From positions 48,734,001 through 48,798,000 of the forward strand of contig CM052816.1 in assembly GCA_028534125.1 (NCBI GenBank): 64,000 bases of DNA, in the 5' to 3' direction. This document shows positions 13,821 through 26,834 of the stretch, in pieces. The stretch's first letter is position 1. Every line of letters begins with the position of its first letter. This DNA comes from Lama glama (taxonomy: Eukaryota). Made by a program: the position numbers and the translations under genes. The notes below the pieces were generated by a model. The model searched no databases. It was not told the DNA's origin and worked only from the letters and a program-made list of their open reading frames with translations.

Positions 13821-14720
13821 CATCTAGTTAAGTCCCCAGTCTGATAATTCCAAAATTTCTGCCATATCTGAGTCTGTTTCTGATACTTGCTTTGTGTCTT
13901 CAAACTGTTCTTATTTCTCTTTTAGATTGCTTTGTAACTTTCTTGTTGAAACCTTGGTATGATTATCTAGTGAAAGAAACTGTGATAAACAGCCCTTTAG
14001 TGTGAGATTTTATGTTTTATCTGGCTTTGGAGGTAGGCTATGTTTACTGTTTTCTATAGTGGTAGGTGTTAGGAGCTAAAATTTTAGCTCAGACACTTTT
14101 TAAAATAGGATCTGAGACCTGCAATTCTTTTAAATGCAATCCACTGTTATTATAAAGGATCCTGATTGATATGGTAGTAAGATGTGGGGAGAGGAGAAAT
14201 ATTCTATAATCCTATGGTTATATGAGTCTCTTAGTGAGCCTGTGCCCCTAGTCTAACCTTTATAATTGCTTCTAAGCTCTCTTCACACTCCAATCCCCAT
14301 ACTTTCATGAGACAGGAAGGATAGAGGGGCTGAAGTTTCATATTTCCCTTAGGTTGGTTGGGGAACTTTTCTTAGATCTTCATCCTGAGAATATTTGGGC
14401 TCCTCCAAGTAAATCTCATGGAAGTGTGGGGCATTCCTAAGACTGGAACTGTAGAGTTTTTAATATTCAAATTAGTTTATACTGAGTCTTCAGTAATGTA
14501 TCAATTATAGTTTAAGTATTTCTATAAATATTGGCTCCAGTGGCGGATTTCTTGGTATCCTCCTTTCTTTCTAGCTTTCAGCAAGATGGTTTGCCCTGTT
14601 GCCTCAGTTCTCTGATGGGTATAAGGAAAGTTGATTTTCAGTTTGTTCAGATTTTTATTGTAAGAACAGGAGTGGTGCCTTCTTATCTCTTTATCTGTTG
14701 GACTGGAAACTGGAAATTTT
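13820..14720 (-). mobile_element. L1 5' region (L1MD/L1M4-like 5' end)
   Basis: tctgataattccaaaatttctgccatatctgagtctgtttctgat...ccctgttgcctcagttctctgatgggtataaggaaagttgattttcagtttgttcag...gactggaaactggaa resembles old L1M 5' ends. Confidence 0.65.
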
Positions 14721-15900
14721 TTTTTTAAATAGTCATTTTCTCACTTTCTGCTCTCTTCTTACTTTGTAATCCTAGGCAGTTCTGAATTATAACTCTGCCA
14801 CCAAAGTAATTTACTAGTCTGAACCAAATCACTATCTGTACCCTTTATATCTTACTGGTTTTAAAATTTTTAAATAGAAGAAATTATATCAATGTCTTTG
14901 TTTCTTTTGAAATACTTAGCCTAAAATATATACAACTTTCTTGAGATATTTCTTTACACAGTTAAATTTTACTTTACCAATACAAATATATATTAAAATT
15001 TTAAAAAGATAATTTAGGTTGTCAAAAATATTTTTCCTTAATTTATCAAGAAAAATTATTAAACTTTGAGGGTAGAGATTTTTACTCATTAAGAGCGTGA
15101 ATATAACTAGTCTTGAATTTTGGTGGAAGTCCCAGTGATCAATGAAATGGTTATAAGATAATTAGCCAGAAAGCACAGTGCCTAGATAATCAACAGTTTG
15201 GATAATCACAATGAAATACACTAAGAATTAAATGTTTATGTTAAACAGGACTAATGAATGCATTATGAGAAAATATCTTTGGATGAATGTTTTTATGGAA
15301 ACTATACTGTAATATATTGGTGCCGTCAAATGAAATGGTCATACAATTCACACTTCCATGAAATTAAGTGAGCTCTAAATGACACTACATCTTCCTGAAT
15401 TTCCCTGAATTTTTGAAGTCTTTCTTCCTCACTGATTTTCCCAGGTCAGCTCTTATCTGATTAGTAGATACTACTTAATATGTGATCTTTGCATTCTAAT
15501 TCCTCTTTTTCATACTTAGGATGCCCAATTTTCTCTATTGCCTGAGAGCATCACTGATACATGATGTCATGCTGATAGATAAAAACATTTGTGTGCATCC
15601 AAATTACTTTAATTAAAACTGCTATAAAAGTTTGTAACAAATGACACTTACTTTCCTAATGGTTTTACTATCAAATCATATTTTACTCAGTTAGTCAATC
15701 ATACTTGTAATAGAAATTTGAAATAGGATCAGTGGTCTTCTTAATCAAAAGGCAATATTCAAATCATGAAGATTTACTTTCTATGCTTTCTGTGTAGGTA
15801 GAATATGGATGATAGAATCTAACAGCCAGGATTTTTGTTTAGTGAAAAATGAAAAATGAATGTGAAAATATTTGAGTCATGATTTTATCACCATGAACAC

Positions 15901-17393
15901 TTTTTTTTTAATTGAAGTATAGTCGGTTTACATTGTTGTGTCAGTTTCTGATATACAGCACCATGCTTCAGTCATGTAGGAACATACATACATTTGTTTT
16001 CATATTCTTTTTCACCATAAGTTACTGCAATATATTGAATATAGTTCCTTGTGCTATACAATATAAGCTTGTTGTTTATCTATTTTATATATATATTAGT
16101 TAGTATCTGCAAATCTCAAACTCCCAATGTGTCCCTTCCCACCCCCATCCCCCACTGATAACCATAAGTTTGTTTTCTATGTCTGTGAGTCTGTTTCTGT
16201 TTTATAAATAAATTTGTTTGTCTTTTTTTGTGTGTGTGTGGCTTCACATATAAGTGGTATCATATGATATTTTTCTTTCTCTTTATGGCTTACTTCACTT
16301 ATAATGACATTCTGCAGGTCCATCTATGTTGCTGCAAATGGCATTATTTTATTATTTTTTATGTCTGAGTAGTATTCCATAACACACACACACACACATA
16401 CACACACATGTATGTGTGTGTATGTGTGTGTGTGTGTGTGTACACCACAACTTCTTTATCCAGTCATCTGTCAATGGACAGTTAGTTTGTTTCCATGTCT
16501 TTGTTGTTGTAAATGGTGTTGCTGTGAACACTGGGGTGCATGTATCTTTTCTAATTAAGGCTACCTGTGGGTATATGCTCAGAAGTGGGATTGCTGGATC
16601 ATATGATAAGTCTATTTTTAGTCTTTTGAGGAATCTCCATACTGTTTTCCATAATGGCTGAACCAAACTGCATTCCCTACAACAGTGTAGGAGGGTTCCC
16701 TTTTCTACACAGCCTCTCCAGCATTTATCGTTTGTAGAGTTTTGAATGATAGCCATTCTCACTGATGTGAGGTGTTACTTCGTACTTTTGATTTGCATTT
16801 CTCTGATAGTGATATTGAGCATTTTTCTCATATGCCTATTGGCCATTTGTATGTCTTCATTGGAGATTGTTTAGGTCTTCTGCCCGTTTTTGGATTGGGT
16901 TGTTTGTTTTTTTCTCTTTAAGTTGTATGAGCTGTTTATATATTCTGGAAATTAACTCTAGTCAGTCTCATCTTTTGCAAATATTTTCTCCCATTCTGTA
17001 GGTTGTCTTTTTGTTTTGCTTATGGTTTCCTTTGCTCTGCAAAAGCTTATAAGTTTAATTAGGTCCCATTTGTTTATTTTTGCTTTTATTTATATTGTTT
17101 GGCTAGATTGCCCTAGGAGAACATTGCTGAGACTTATGTCAGATAATGTTTTACCTGTGTTTTCTTCTAAGAAGTTTATTGTGTCTTGTCTTATATTTAA
17201 GTCTTTAAGCCATTTTGAGTTTGTTTTTATGTATGTTCTGAGGGAGTATTCTAACTTCATTGATTTATATGCTGCTGTCCTGTTTTCCCAACATCATTTG
17301 CTGAAGAGACTGTCTTTACTCCATTGTATGTTCTTGCCTCCATTGTCAAAGATTAATTGACCGAAAGTTTGCGGTTTTATTTCTGGCTCTCTA
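15901..17393 (-). mobile_element. Young lineage-specific L1, 5'-truncated (~1.5 kb), with 10-bp TSD
   Basis: Poly-T at 15901, then 3'UTR and ORF2 C-terminus (ORF 16352..16762: [36 protein letters not shown]). TSD GAACACTTTT at 15895-15904 and 17394-17403, with a TTTT/A endonuclease site. Confidence 0.95.
16382..16441. repeat. (CA)n/(TG)n compound microsatellite forming a perfect inverted repeat
   Basis: 16382-16409 is the exact reverse complement of 16412-16439. Confidence 0.95.
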
Positions 17394-18939
17394 GAACACT
17401 TTTATTTGCCCTGCTTTCTGAAATCCTTTTGTACCAGTTTGAGTTGCACAGGAACACAGCTGCTCAGCAGTTGAGAAAAACAAAAATATACAAATAAAAA
17501 CTCACTTTAATATGTCTATTCTGGCTGCCAGTTCATCAAAGATTAATTTCACAATACTTACTGCTTCCTGGAGCTCAACAGAGGTAAACTTGTGGGGTGC
17601 CTGTGATTATGTCATTTAGCTCTAAGTTATTTCTCATAAGCTGTGGAACTCCCTTTGTAGTTGTTTTTTTAAAATGACAGCTTTATAAACTAAAAATATC
17701 ACAAATTAGTAAATATATATATTTAAAATGGTCACACAGAATTTGGCTTTTTCAGCACTTGGGGAGACAAATATCATCCATACTTTTGTGATTTTTCTAT
17801 TGATTTTCTAATTTTTTATATGTTGTTGGACTTTATCCAGAAAATATATTTAGTTGATATCAATATTAAACATTCGGGGGCATAATTTATTATGCCACTT
17901 GTTTTCCTGCTCCGTAGTGGTTAATCTCCTTGTATATATCCTCCATGGACAAATACTTCTTTAATTCAGTGTATTTTAGAAAATAAAGTGACTTGAAAGG
18001 AATAAGCAACCTTAAACTATCAAAATATTGAATGGATACTACTCCACTTATAAAGACAATACTTTAAATGATATGCCTTAGGACTTAAACAGTTTTTAAT
18101 GGAAAAATATCTTAAAATCCTGTTTACTATTATCTAATCTCGGTATTCAAGTGGAAAGGGTTAAAAAAGTATCAGATAGAATTTGATCATTTTGTTATAG
18201 AATATAATGATTATCTCCTTTTTAATCAGAAAAAAATCACACTACGTTTATGTTCTAAATTTTAGTATGCATTGATCTCAGATACCTCAGAAAGACAAGG
18301 ATTGTTTTGATTTATTAAGCTTTCTCCCTAAGTAAGACAAAAGAATTGATTTAATTTTTATTACTTCATTATTTTGTCCACTTAGTCTCAGGAGGAAAGT
18401 GACCAGTTGGAGAAAACTTCTCCCTTGTGATGAATCAGCTTTGACCAAGGTGACATTGAAGAACTGAAAGAAAGGGAACATTATCACAACTTTGTTTCCT
18501 GGCTACAGACTGGTGCTACTGTATAAGGTATGGCATCCTCCCTAGAATAATACACTGAAATGCACCACAACTCTTCTTGTTCTCCCTGGGGTAAAAATGA
18601 GCTTCTAACCTCTGGTTCATCTGGAAGCATTGCTTTAAATCCATCTTATGCCATGTCCTTCTCAAGGGGAAGTGTGTTTGGGTATTTAAGTGTCCTACCT
18701 TCTGATAAAAGTGGGAGAATGGGAGGTCAGGATAATTCTTACTGCACAATACCCAAATTGGCCATAGGCAATTTGATTGCCTTTATAAAAAGTACTTAAT
18801 GGAGTGAAAACATACAAAAGGGATAGTGAGGAATAAAATAATCTATGAATTACTCGAGTCAGTTAGGAACTTATTCCACAGTGATATTGTAATAGTACCT
18901 TTATGTTCATCATAATGCTTCCACTTCTTTTGTTTGCTA

Positions 18940-19100
18940 GAGTAGCAGACTGATCAAGAACATGAGCTCTAGGACAAAATTACCTTTGGCTTCACCTCTC
19001 ATTTGTATTCTATTGGGCTGTAATGAGAATTAAATGGATTAGAACAGATTTAAGGCAGTTACTGATAGGTAGAATGTACTTAAAATATTTAGTTGTTGAT
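18940..19100 (+). mobile_element. MIR SINE relic
   Basis: aagaacatgagctctaggac...gggctgtaatgagaattaaatgg...gtacttaaaatatttagttgttg. Confidence 0.5.
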
Positions 19101-19769
19101 ATTCCCATTTAGTAATATAATTGGTTGAAAAAACTCTGAGATGCAAAACTTAGAATATGTGTAAATATGATATGCAAAGCCTAACTTTAACATTAAGAAA
19201 AATGCATTCATAAAAATGTAAATATCTAAAAAGTGGAATCAGATCTAAATGTGTAAGAAATAGAGCAAAATATGCTATTGCAAAAGGGATATATTGCTAT
19301 ATTGCTATACTGCTTCCCTGCAATTGAACTATGCTAAGAATTTGATTGGTCTGTCTAATAGAGATAGTATTTTAGGTAAAAGGGGGTTTTAGTATTGCTT
19401 AAGTTAATGCATATTGATTTTGTGGGCTGTTTGTAATGGTTCTATCATTCCTACCCTGCTGTATTCTGTTGTTGTTATAAAAGCAATACCCATCAGCCGT
19501 GTGATTTCCTACTCTCTTTTGCCATTTTGCTATCAACTCCACATAAGTCAAATTCAGGTCCTGCCTATTAACCCCATGTTCTTATTTCAGTTTCTATTCA
19601 ACCTGTCAAAATGTTAATATTATTTCTGGTCTTTGCCTTCTCCATTATCAGTTTCTGAACTTCACTTTATCCATACTGCAGGTCTGCTACTATCTCTCTT
19701 AGAACTATCTTTCTTTCAAAGAACTGAGGGTGACACATGTTAGGATAAGCCCATGGTGGTGGTGATGAT

Positions 19770-19935
19770 GATGATGAATGGTATCTGGCAGACACTGACC
19801 CACGTATTGTGTGTGTGTGTGTATAATTTAATCTTCAAACTAATTCTGTGAAATAAATATTACTTTTATCCCAATATTACAGCAAAGAGTTTGAGCCATT
19901 GAAGATTAAAGAATTTGACCATGTTAATTCAGCCT
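19770..19935 (-). mobile_element. MIR SINE relic with embedded (TG)n
   Basis: atttaatcttcaaactaattctgtgaaataaatattacttttatcccaatattacag...gattaaagaatttgaccatg. Confidence 0.55.
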
Positions 19936-20104
19936 TATTTTTGTAATTGGCAACAAATTTCAGTGGGTCCATCTATTAGGAAAAGTGATGGGAAATACTG
20001 TATTGTTTTGGCAGATATGGAGAAGTTCATTTAACAAATGTTTGTTAAAGCTTTTGTCTCAATTATTTTTTAGGTTTTAAGAGTTCATAAATTAATTAAA
20101 TTGC

Positions 20105-20168
20105 ATTCTAGTTCATTTCTGGCTGGCCTGCCATATTTCTGGCAGGTCAGCCAGAAATAAACTGGAAT
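20105..20168. other. 64-nt near-perfect inverted repeat (29-bp stem, 6-nt loop)
   Basis: Arms 20105-20133 and 20140-20168 give 26 Watson-Crick pairs, 2 G-T pairs and 1 mismatch by manual pairing. Confidence 0.9.
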
Positions 20169-23100
20169 AGGGTAATGGGCAATTGGTGGGAACCACAAAA
20201 GAGGGTAGCATAATTGAATTCATAATTTATATATGGGATAAAGTGGAATAAGGAAAACAAGAATTTGTGCTGGTTGCTGACACAAGCAAGTATGCAACAA
20301 TGAAGAGAATGAAAAGAATGTCTATGCCTATTGGAAATTTGGGCTTTCATGCAAAATCATCAATGAAAACATTCTGTAGAAGTAACATTTTCCAAAAGTT
20401 CAATCCAAATTCTAAATGAAGTTAAGTTGCAGTCAGTGAAAATATGAAAATGGAAAAATATCTTTATCTCATGGATTTTCTTTGAAAGGTAGATCTCTCC
20501 AAACAATATAGTATGAATCACACACACCAAGATATTGTAGATAGTAAATTAATTGTGCATAAAACTCCTGAAATCTTGCAATGGGAGAAAAGATACATGC
20601 TGAGAGCATTAAGTCTGCCAATAATTTGCAAAGCTTCTTGGAAAGAATTTAATTAGAATACAGTTTTGCAGTTAAATGTAAAGCTGTTGTGCCAAGAAAT
20701 ATTAAACAAAATAGCGGTGATCTATCTTCAGAGACTTTTTGAATTAACTACTGAATTGAAATGGTTTGGGAAATACATATGCATATATATATGTAAAATC
20801 TTTTTGAGAGTAACTCTTGTAATATAACTAGCAAGCAAACAAATATGAAATAATATTGTATATTGTTCTGTTTGTTGCAAAAGTAGAACAGAAATAGGCA
20901 CAAGTAAACTCTGCTCTTAGAAAAATCAGTGTAAAGAATGTTATAGCTGAGATGTCAGATTAGAGAGTTCAGTAAATCAGTATTCTTTCTAGCCAAGCAG
21001 AAAAAAGTTTAATTTTGACTATGCTTAAATTTTAGTAAGCCCTGAGGTGAGTTTTAACTTCATGTTGAACTCTAGAAAGAGGTTCAAGTATGTAATTATT
21101 TTATGTTTAGAAATGTTGCCAGTGGCTTTAAGGGTCAGGCTGGTACGTAGTTTCTTATCTGCTACTAAGTTATCTAAATGTTCTACTTTAGTTCCAACCT
21201 GTTATCATTTTGCCCATAGTGATTTGTTGGGAGGGGGGATAAACAAACAAGCAGCTACTAGTCTATATGTGCAAACATGTGTGTGAGTTTGTGTGTGTGT
21301 AGGTGTGTGTGTGTGTACTCAAGTGAGTATTTGTATTATCAGTTCTGAGTAAATTTTACCAACTTTGGAGTTTAGATTTATTTTGAGTTACCAAGGTTAC
21401 ATTTGGAGTCATGTTTGATCCTAGTAATATAAAATGAAACCTTGCACCTGTATTTGTAATTACATAAATTACTAATATTTCATTTGGTTCTGAACTAGTC
21501 ACATAGTAAATGTACCTGCATTTTAGTTGTAAAGCTAAACTTCCCACAATAAAGAAATATTCATATAACTCTTTTTTACTTTTCCATATAATTGGTCTTA
21601 TACATAGACACTACTTATAGCTAATTATGTCTCACAATTTATAGATGCCCGAACATCTCAAAATAAAACACACAGGATTGCCCAATACATTTTTAAGATG
21701 CCTGAAATTTCTGTGCTTGTTACTTTCTAGGTTGTAAGGGATGTTAAATATTATATATATCACTATAATTTTAGTCCTGCAAAGCATAGTGTTTTAAATA
21801 TCTCAAGTATACAATATATGTTGAATGAATAAAAGAGTAATACATTGTAGTCTCTAAATTCAGCACTTTGTATCATTATCAAAACTGTGTTTGCCATAAT
21901 TACACCTGAGTTATTGATAAGAACAAGTACAAGTATGAACCATTAATGCATTGAAACAGATTACTCTGTCAATAGGAGATCCAGTTGAAACAACAGAAGA
22001 CATACTCTTTCTTAATTTGGAAGGAGAAAGAGAATAAAAAAAAGCCCAGAGCCTGGGCATTAATGGGAGACCCGGACCAAGTACAGGGCCCTAAGTGGTC
22101 AAAATTGGGGAAAGGAAGGGACATTAAGAACACTGTTCAAAGTCATTACTTATTGTCATCCATGCCCCTCTGTTTCTCATCTCAAGTGTGAAAACGGCTG
22201 ATTTAGAAAATACCATGACCCATGTCCTCTCTCACATGGTAGTTAACATTACTTAGACACTTGTCAGCATATGAATGAATCGATTTCTTGAGGAAGAGTT
22301 CCAGCCACTATAGACCATCAACTATTTTTGACTGATGTTACTATTTTTCTTTAAGAACTGTGAAAACATGAGTGAAAACTTTCCCTAAGAAACAGTCTTT
22401 TCAAAAGATAGTTGTGTTTCCACTTATCTTCCTGTTTGTTTTCTCCTTGAAATGTATTACTGTAAATAATATCAAGAACATTCTGTAATCTGACACTTTC
22501 ATGCAGATTTTTTAAATGTGCTGATTTTATACCTATTATTAATGGAAGACAATGTGTAATCATTCAGTTTCATTCCACAATGCATTTTAAAAGCTTTTGG
22601 AAAGACTGGAACATAATCAAATTAGAGATTACATCAATACAAATTAACTATGTATGCCTTTCCATTCTAACTTAAAGCAAACTTGCAGACCTAGCAGTAA
22701 CCTTACTCCAATTCACGATGAATTTCATTATACACGCTAAAGAAAATCTCTGTACTGATAGGGAGCTCTATTGCAATGATTTGATGTGGTTGACTAAACT
22801 CACAAGGGGAAATATGTACAAAGCTTTAAAGATTGGATTCAAATGAAATTTTTGTGCCAATGAATTGAATTATCATGCCAAAACTGAAACACAAAGCAGT
22901 ACTTCCATGTTAAACCAGCCATGGCACAGACACAAATAAGGTATCATAGTGTTATTATAAGGCCACTATTCCTCCAAACACTGGTTTAGGTTTAATTTCT
23001 CACTTCTCCTTAGAGTTGTCAATGCATAACTTACTGTTCTCCCTCAGCAATATACTTACTAGAGAAAATCACTAACAGCAATTTAGTTTGTTCTGAATTA

Positions 23101-23297
23101 AATCAATTAAACTCAAATGTAAATTTGTGACAAAGAGAATGATATGACCAATATTGAGAAAAAAGGATATTGACAAGTCACTGATAGAATAACAATAATG
23201 ATACAGTTTGGGTTCTGCCCAATTTAGGTTCAATTATCTTTGGGAATCAAGGGGTTCCCTAAGCTTATTTACTCATTTGAATAATTAGGAGAAATGA

Positions 23298-23460
23298 ACT
23301 TGCTACTCAAAATACGGACTGTAGACCAGCAATATTGGTATTATCTGGGAGGCTGATAGAAGGGTAGTCTTAGATCCTTCCCAGATCTACTGAATTAGGT
23401 ATGCACTGAAAACAAAAGCCTCAATGAACTGAATGCCCCATGATTTCTGAAAAACACTGG
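23298..23460. mobile_element. MER5A-type hAT-Charlie MITE
   Basis: tgctactcaaaatacggactgtagaccagc...ctgggaggctgatagaag...cccagatctactgaat...tgaaaaacactg matches MER5A1 along its length. Confidence 0.75.
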
Positions 23461-25079
23461 CCCGGTGGACTGCGATCTCTTCTGTATCACTTCTGTCACT
23501 TCTGTCTGTTTCTCTACCTCTTGCCTGAGTATCAAAAAAGATTATCAGAATCAGGATTACTACTAATATAAATGCTGCTAAATATTAGGCCCATTTATTG
23601 ATTTTTCATAAAGTTGTCCTTAGAAAACTGTTAAAACGATAGCCTGAGAAATAAACATATCTCTATTATAACATTAAAATGGCTTTGAATTTTGGAAGTT
23701 TACCTAGTACTTATAGTCAACTAGTTATATTTTGGTATGCATTATATATATATAAAGATCTGATCACTCTTTCTGTAATAGAGGCTTTTTGCTTGTATTA
23801 TCCTAATTTTGCTCCATGGACTATGTGGCAAGTAGAAGGTAGGATATACTTCTATTAATTATTCTATAATTCATCCTGCCAGAAATTCATGGAAAATACA
23901 CAACTATAAATGTTGATCAAATACACAAACGTATAATTTAATGGTTATATTATCTTAGTGACTCTTTTTCTTTTAAGACTGCCTTAATTGTACATGAACA
24001 TGAACTGACACTTCTGAGTTCAGTTATATGATAATTTAGTATTTCTCCAGCAATTAAGTTCAAATCCACTTCTTTATGCTCCCCATCTTATATATTTGAA
24101 ACATATAAATCCATCACCCAAATTATAAAAATTCAAAAGTACATTTAAAATTTAATATTAACAGCAAGGATTTGTATTTAATTTTATATTCAATATGTGC
24201 TGATAATGTCTATTTTTGCTGTTTGATTTCATTTCAGATATTGAGAAGAAAATTTCCCTTAGATAATTTTCCAGGTTATTAAATAGACACTTCTTAAAAT
24301 AATCATAAGAACTGTGTATTGAAATAGCTTTTTTTAAAAAAAAAATTGCCTATGTAGAGAATTATCTAAGAGTAGATAACATGATGCATATATTCTTTTA
24401 AATGGAATTTGTTGACATGTGTAACAGAAAATATCAAATGGAGTAACTCTGTCTTGAATTATTTTGAATTACCAATCTTCCATGCCAGTTAGGTAATGGC
24501 TTCCTATTAAGACTAATGGAAATTGAATGTAAATCTCCATGAATAAAATTAAAGCTATACTGATATCCCAATTACTTGAGGTATTAAGGGTCTGTGATAG
24601 CCAACCTTTAAAAAAGCAGAAGTGCTTACTAGGAGCCCTAGGCTAATGACAAAACCAATTTTACAGTAGTACTTAATGGGTAAGGTTTGAAAAAAAAAAA
24701 AAAGCCTGAATTCAGGAAAACAATTTAGTTGTTAGACTTTAAAGCTTCTGGAAGCAGTGTTGCAGAGTTTTGATACCATACAATCATCCCTTAGCGCAAA
24801 AAAAGCTGAGAGTAAATTTTTTTCAGAAAAAAATGTGTATGGTTCAAAATAATTTCTTGACGACAGAGAAGTATTCTCCCCTTATCTGCTTTTCTGTCCT
24901 CTTCCAGTTTTCACCCCAACCTCTGGATTTCCTTAGAATCTGCAGCCTGTGTATGTAAACCCCATCACTTTCCCATAGTCTTCTTCATCAACTTTCCCTT
25001 TTCTTCTCCTTTCACTTTTCCTAGTAGTACATAAAGAATCTAACCTTTTTATTGTAAAATAAATATTTCTACTGTCCTA

Positions 25080-25570
25080 TATCAGTTTTATCTCTCACCT
25101 GAACTCAAAAAACTAGTCTTTTTGCTTATTTCTACTCACTCCAAACCATATTCCACAAGCCAGCCAGCAGTCTTTCTAAAACTAGTATTTGGTAATATCA
25201 CTCCCCTTACCAAACCTTAAGCCTTTTCTAATCCAAAATCCTTTATAATGCATTCAAGATCTTCTAGTATCTGACTGCAGACTGGCCTTCCAGACTTCAG
25301 TTCCAATGTCTTCCTTAAGTTCAAATTGCACCAAGAGCTTATAATTTTCTTGAGTAAGAATTGCATTTGTATGCCTCTATGCCTTTACTTGATTTCTCTG
25401 CTTATGTTGTCTCTCAGTCAACAGCACTAGTTAACTGTTTTATTGTAAGTTCTTCATATGTCGTCTTATCTTCTCTGGTAGATGGTATATCAGCTTTTAA
25501 TTTATTTATTTCAATGCATGTATCTTTAATCTTTATGGACCTGCCACAAAATAATCATGTGAATTGTGTT
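25080..25570 (+). mobile_element. L2 LINE relic
   Basis: ccatattccacaagccagccagcagtctttctaaaac...atcactcccc...aatccaaaatcctttataatgcattcaagatcttc. Confidence 0.55.
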
Positions 25571-26410
25571 TTCAGTTAGTAAAGTAATTTAGATTAATTA
25601 TTTGTAGATAATTTCATAGTCTGATTAGAAGAATTGTAATCTGGGTTGGAATGAGAAAGGTGATGTGGGTGTTTGACTATGTATTGAAACATTTTTCTTT
25701 TTAGAATAGGTTGTTAGTTTCTTTTTCTCTTAAAATAAAATTACTAGTAACACTATTGATCGTGGTTTAAGCAGTTAATGTTTTGGTTCTGAATATATTA
25801 TGGATCAGTTACTGACTCCTCTGTGCAATCTTACCAAATATTCATATTCATACTTGTAAGTCAAATATAGTAATTGAGTCTAATTATTAAATTTACCCTC
25901 TACCACACCACCACTGATATTCTGCTGGATCTTAGAAAAATGTAAACCAATCTTCAAGCATTTAATGAAGCATACATGTAAAAGGTGTCCAGGAAAAGTT
26001 GGCTTTACTCTCATGGGCAAGAGTGGAGGAGAAACACTGTAAAGATACTAAATTACAAAGATTCAGAGTTGCTGATAGAGGCACACCATGCCTTTTCAGA
26101 TTGTGCTTTGTGAATAAACTGAAAACTTTATGGCTTCTTTTGTAACAGAAACCAAGCAATTGGGGTAATGTTCTTAATACACACAAGTTTTATTCTAAAC
26201 ACAGGTCACTGTCATTATATCCAAGCCCTCTCATACATGCCTAAAAAAATGTCTAGAGACTCCATGAGAACAAGTTAGAGGAAAAAAGTAAAGGTAGCAA
26301 GAAATTTTGCAGCTTAACATTTCTGCTCTTCTTTTTAGTCAGTAGGATTTTCTTCTCATTTGTAAGTGTCTGAGTTGCTTTACTGAGAACAAGTCAAAAA
26401 AGTAAGTAAT

Positions 26411-26507
26411 AAAGGAAGGAAGGATTGGAGGAAGGAATGAAGGAACGAAGGAAGGAAGAAAGGAAAAGGGAAAAATTAAGGAAAGGAAAAAGGAAAAGAG
26501 GGAAAGG
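26411..26507. repeat. Purine-rich degenerate (GAAG)n/(GGAAA)n tract
   Basis: aaaggaaggaaggattggaggaaggaatgaaggaacgaaggaaggaagaaaggaaaaggg... Confidence 0.85.
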
Positions 26508-26834
26508 CATCAATCACTGTGCCCAAGGTCATTCTGCTTAATGCTTAATGATCAAATGTACTAACTTTTACTTCCTTCGGGAATCTACTCTTCATATTAT
26601 ATAGAACATACTTTAACATTTACAAAATATTTTCCTATTACATATACTATTCTAAATGAGGTAATTTCAAGAATCTTAATGAAAAACCATATATTTTAGA
26701 ATAATAGTATATTTCTATTATGTTACTAGTTTATTTAAATATATCCATCTTTTATATATAATAATTGGCAACTCAAAATGATGAAAGAGAAAATTAAATA
26801 CTATAGAATTCTAGATGTATTTCATTGCCAATCT

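Noticed and set aside
17016..17360. 114-aa hydrophobic ORF on the + strand
   Set aside because: Antisense frame of L1 ORF2; the same type of peptide appears in ORF 54864..55307.
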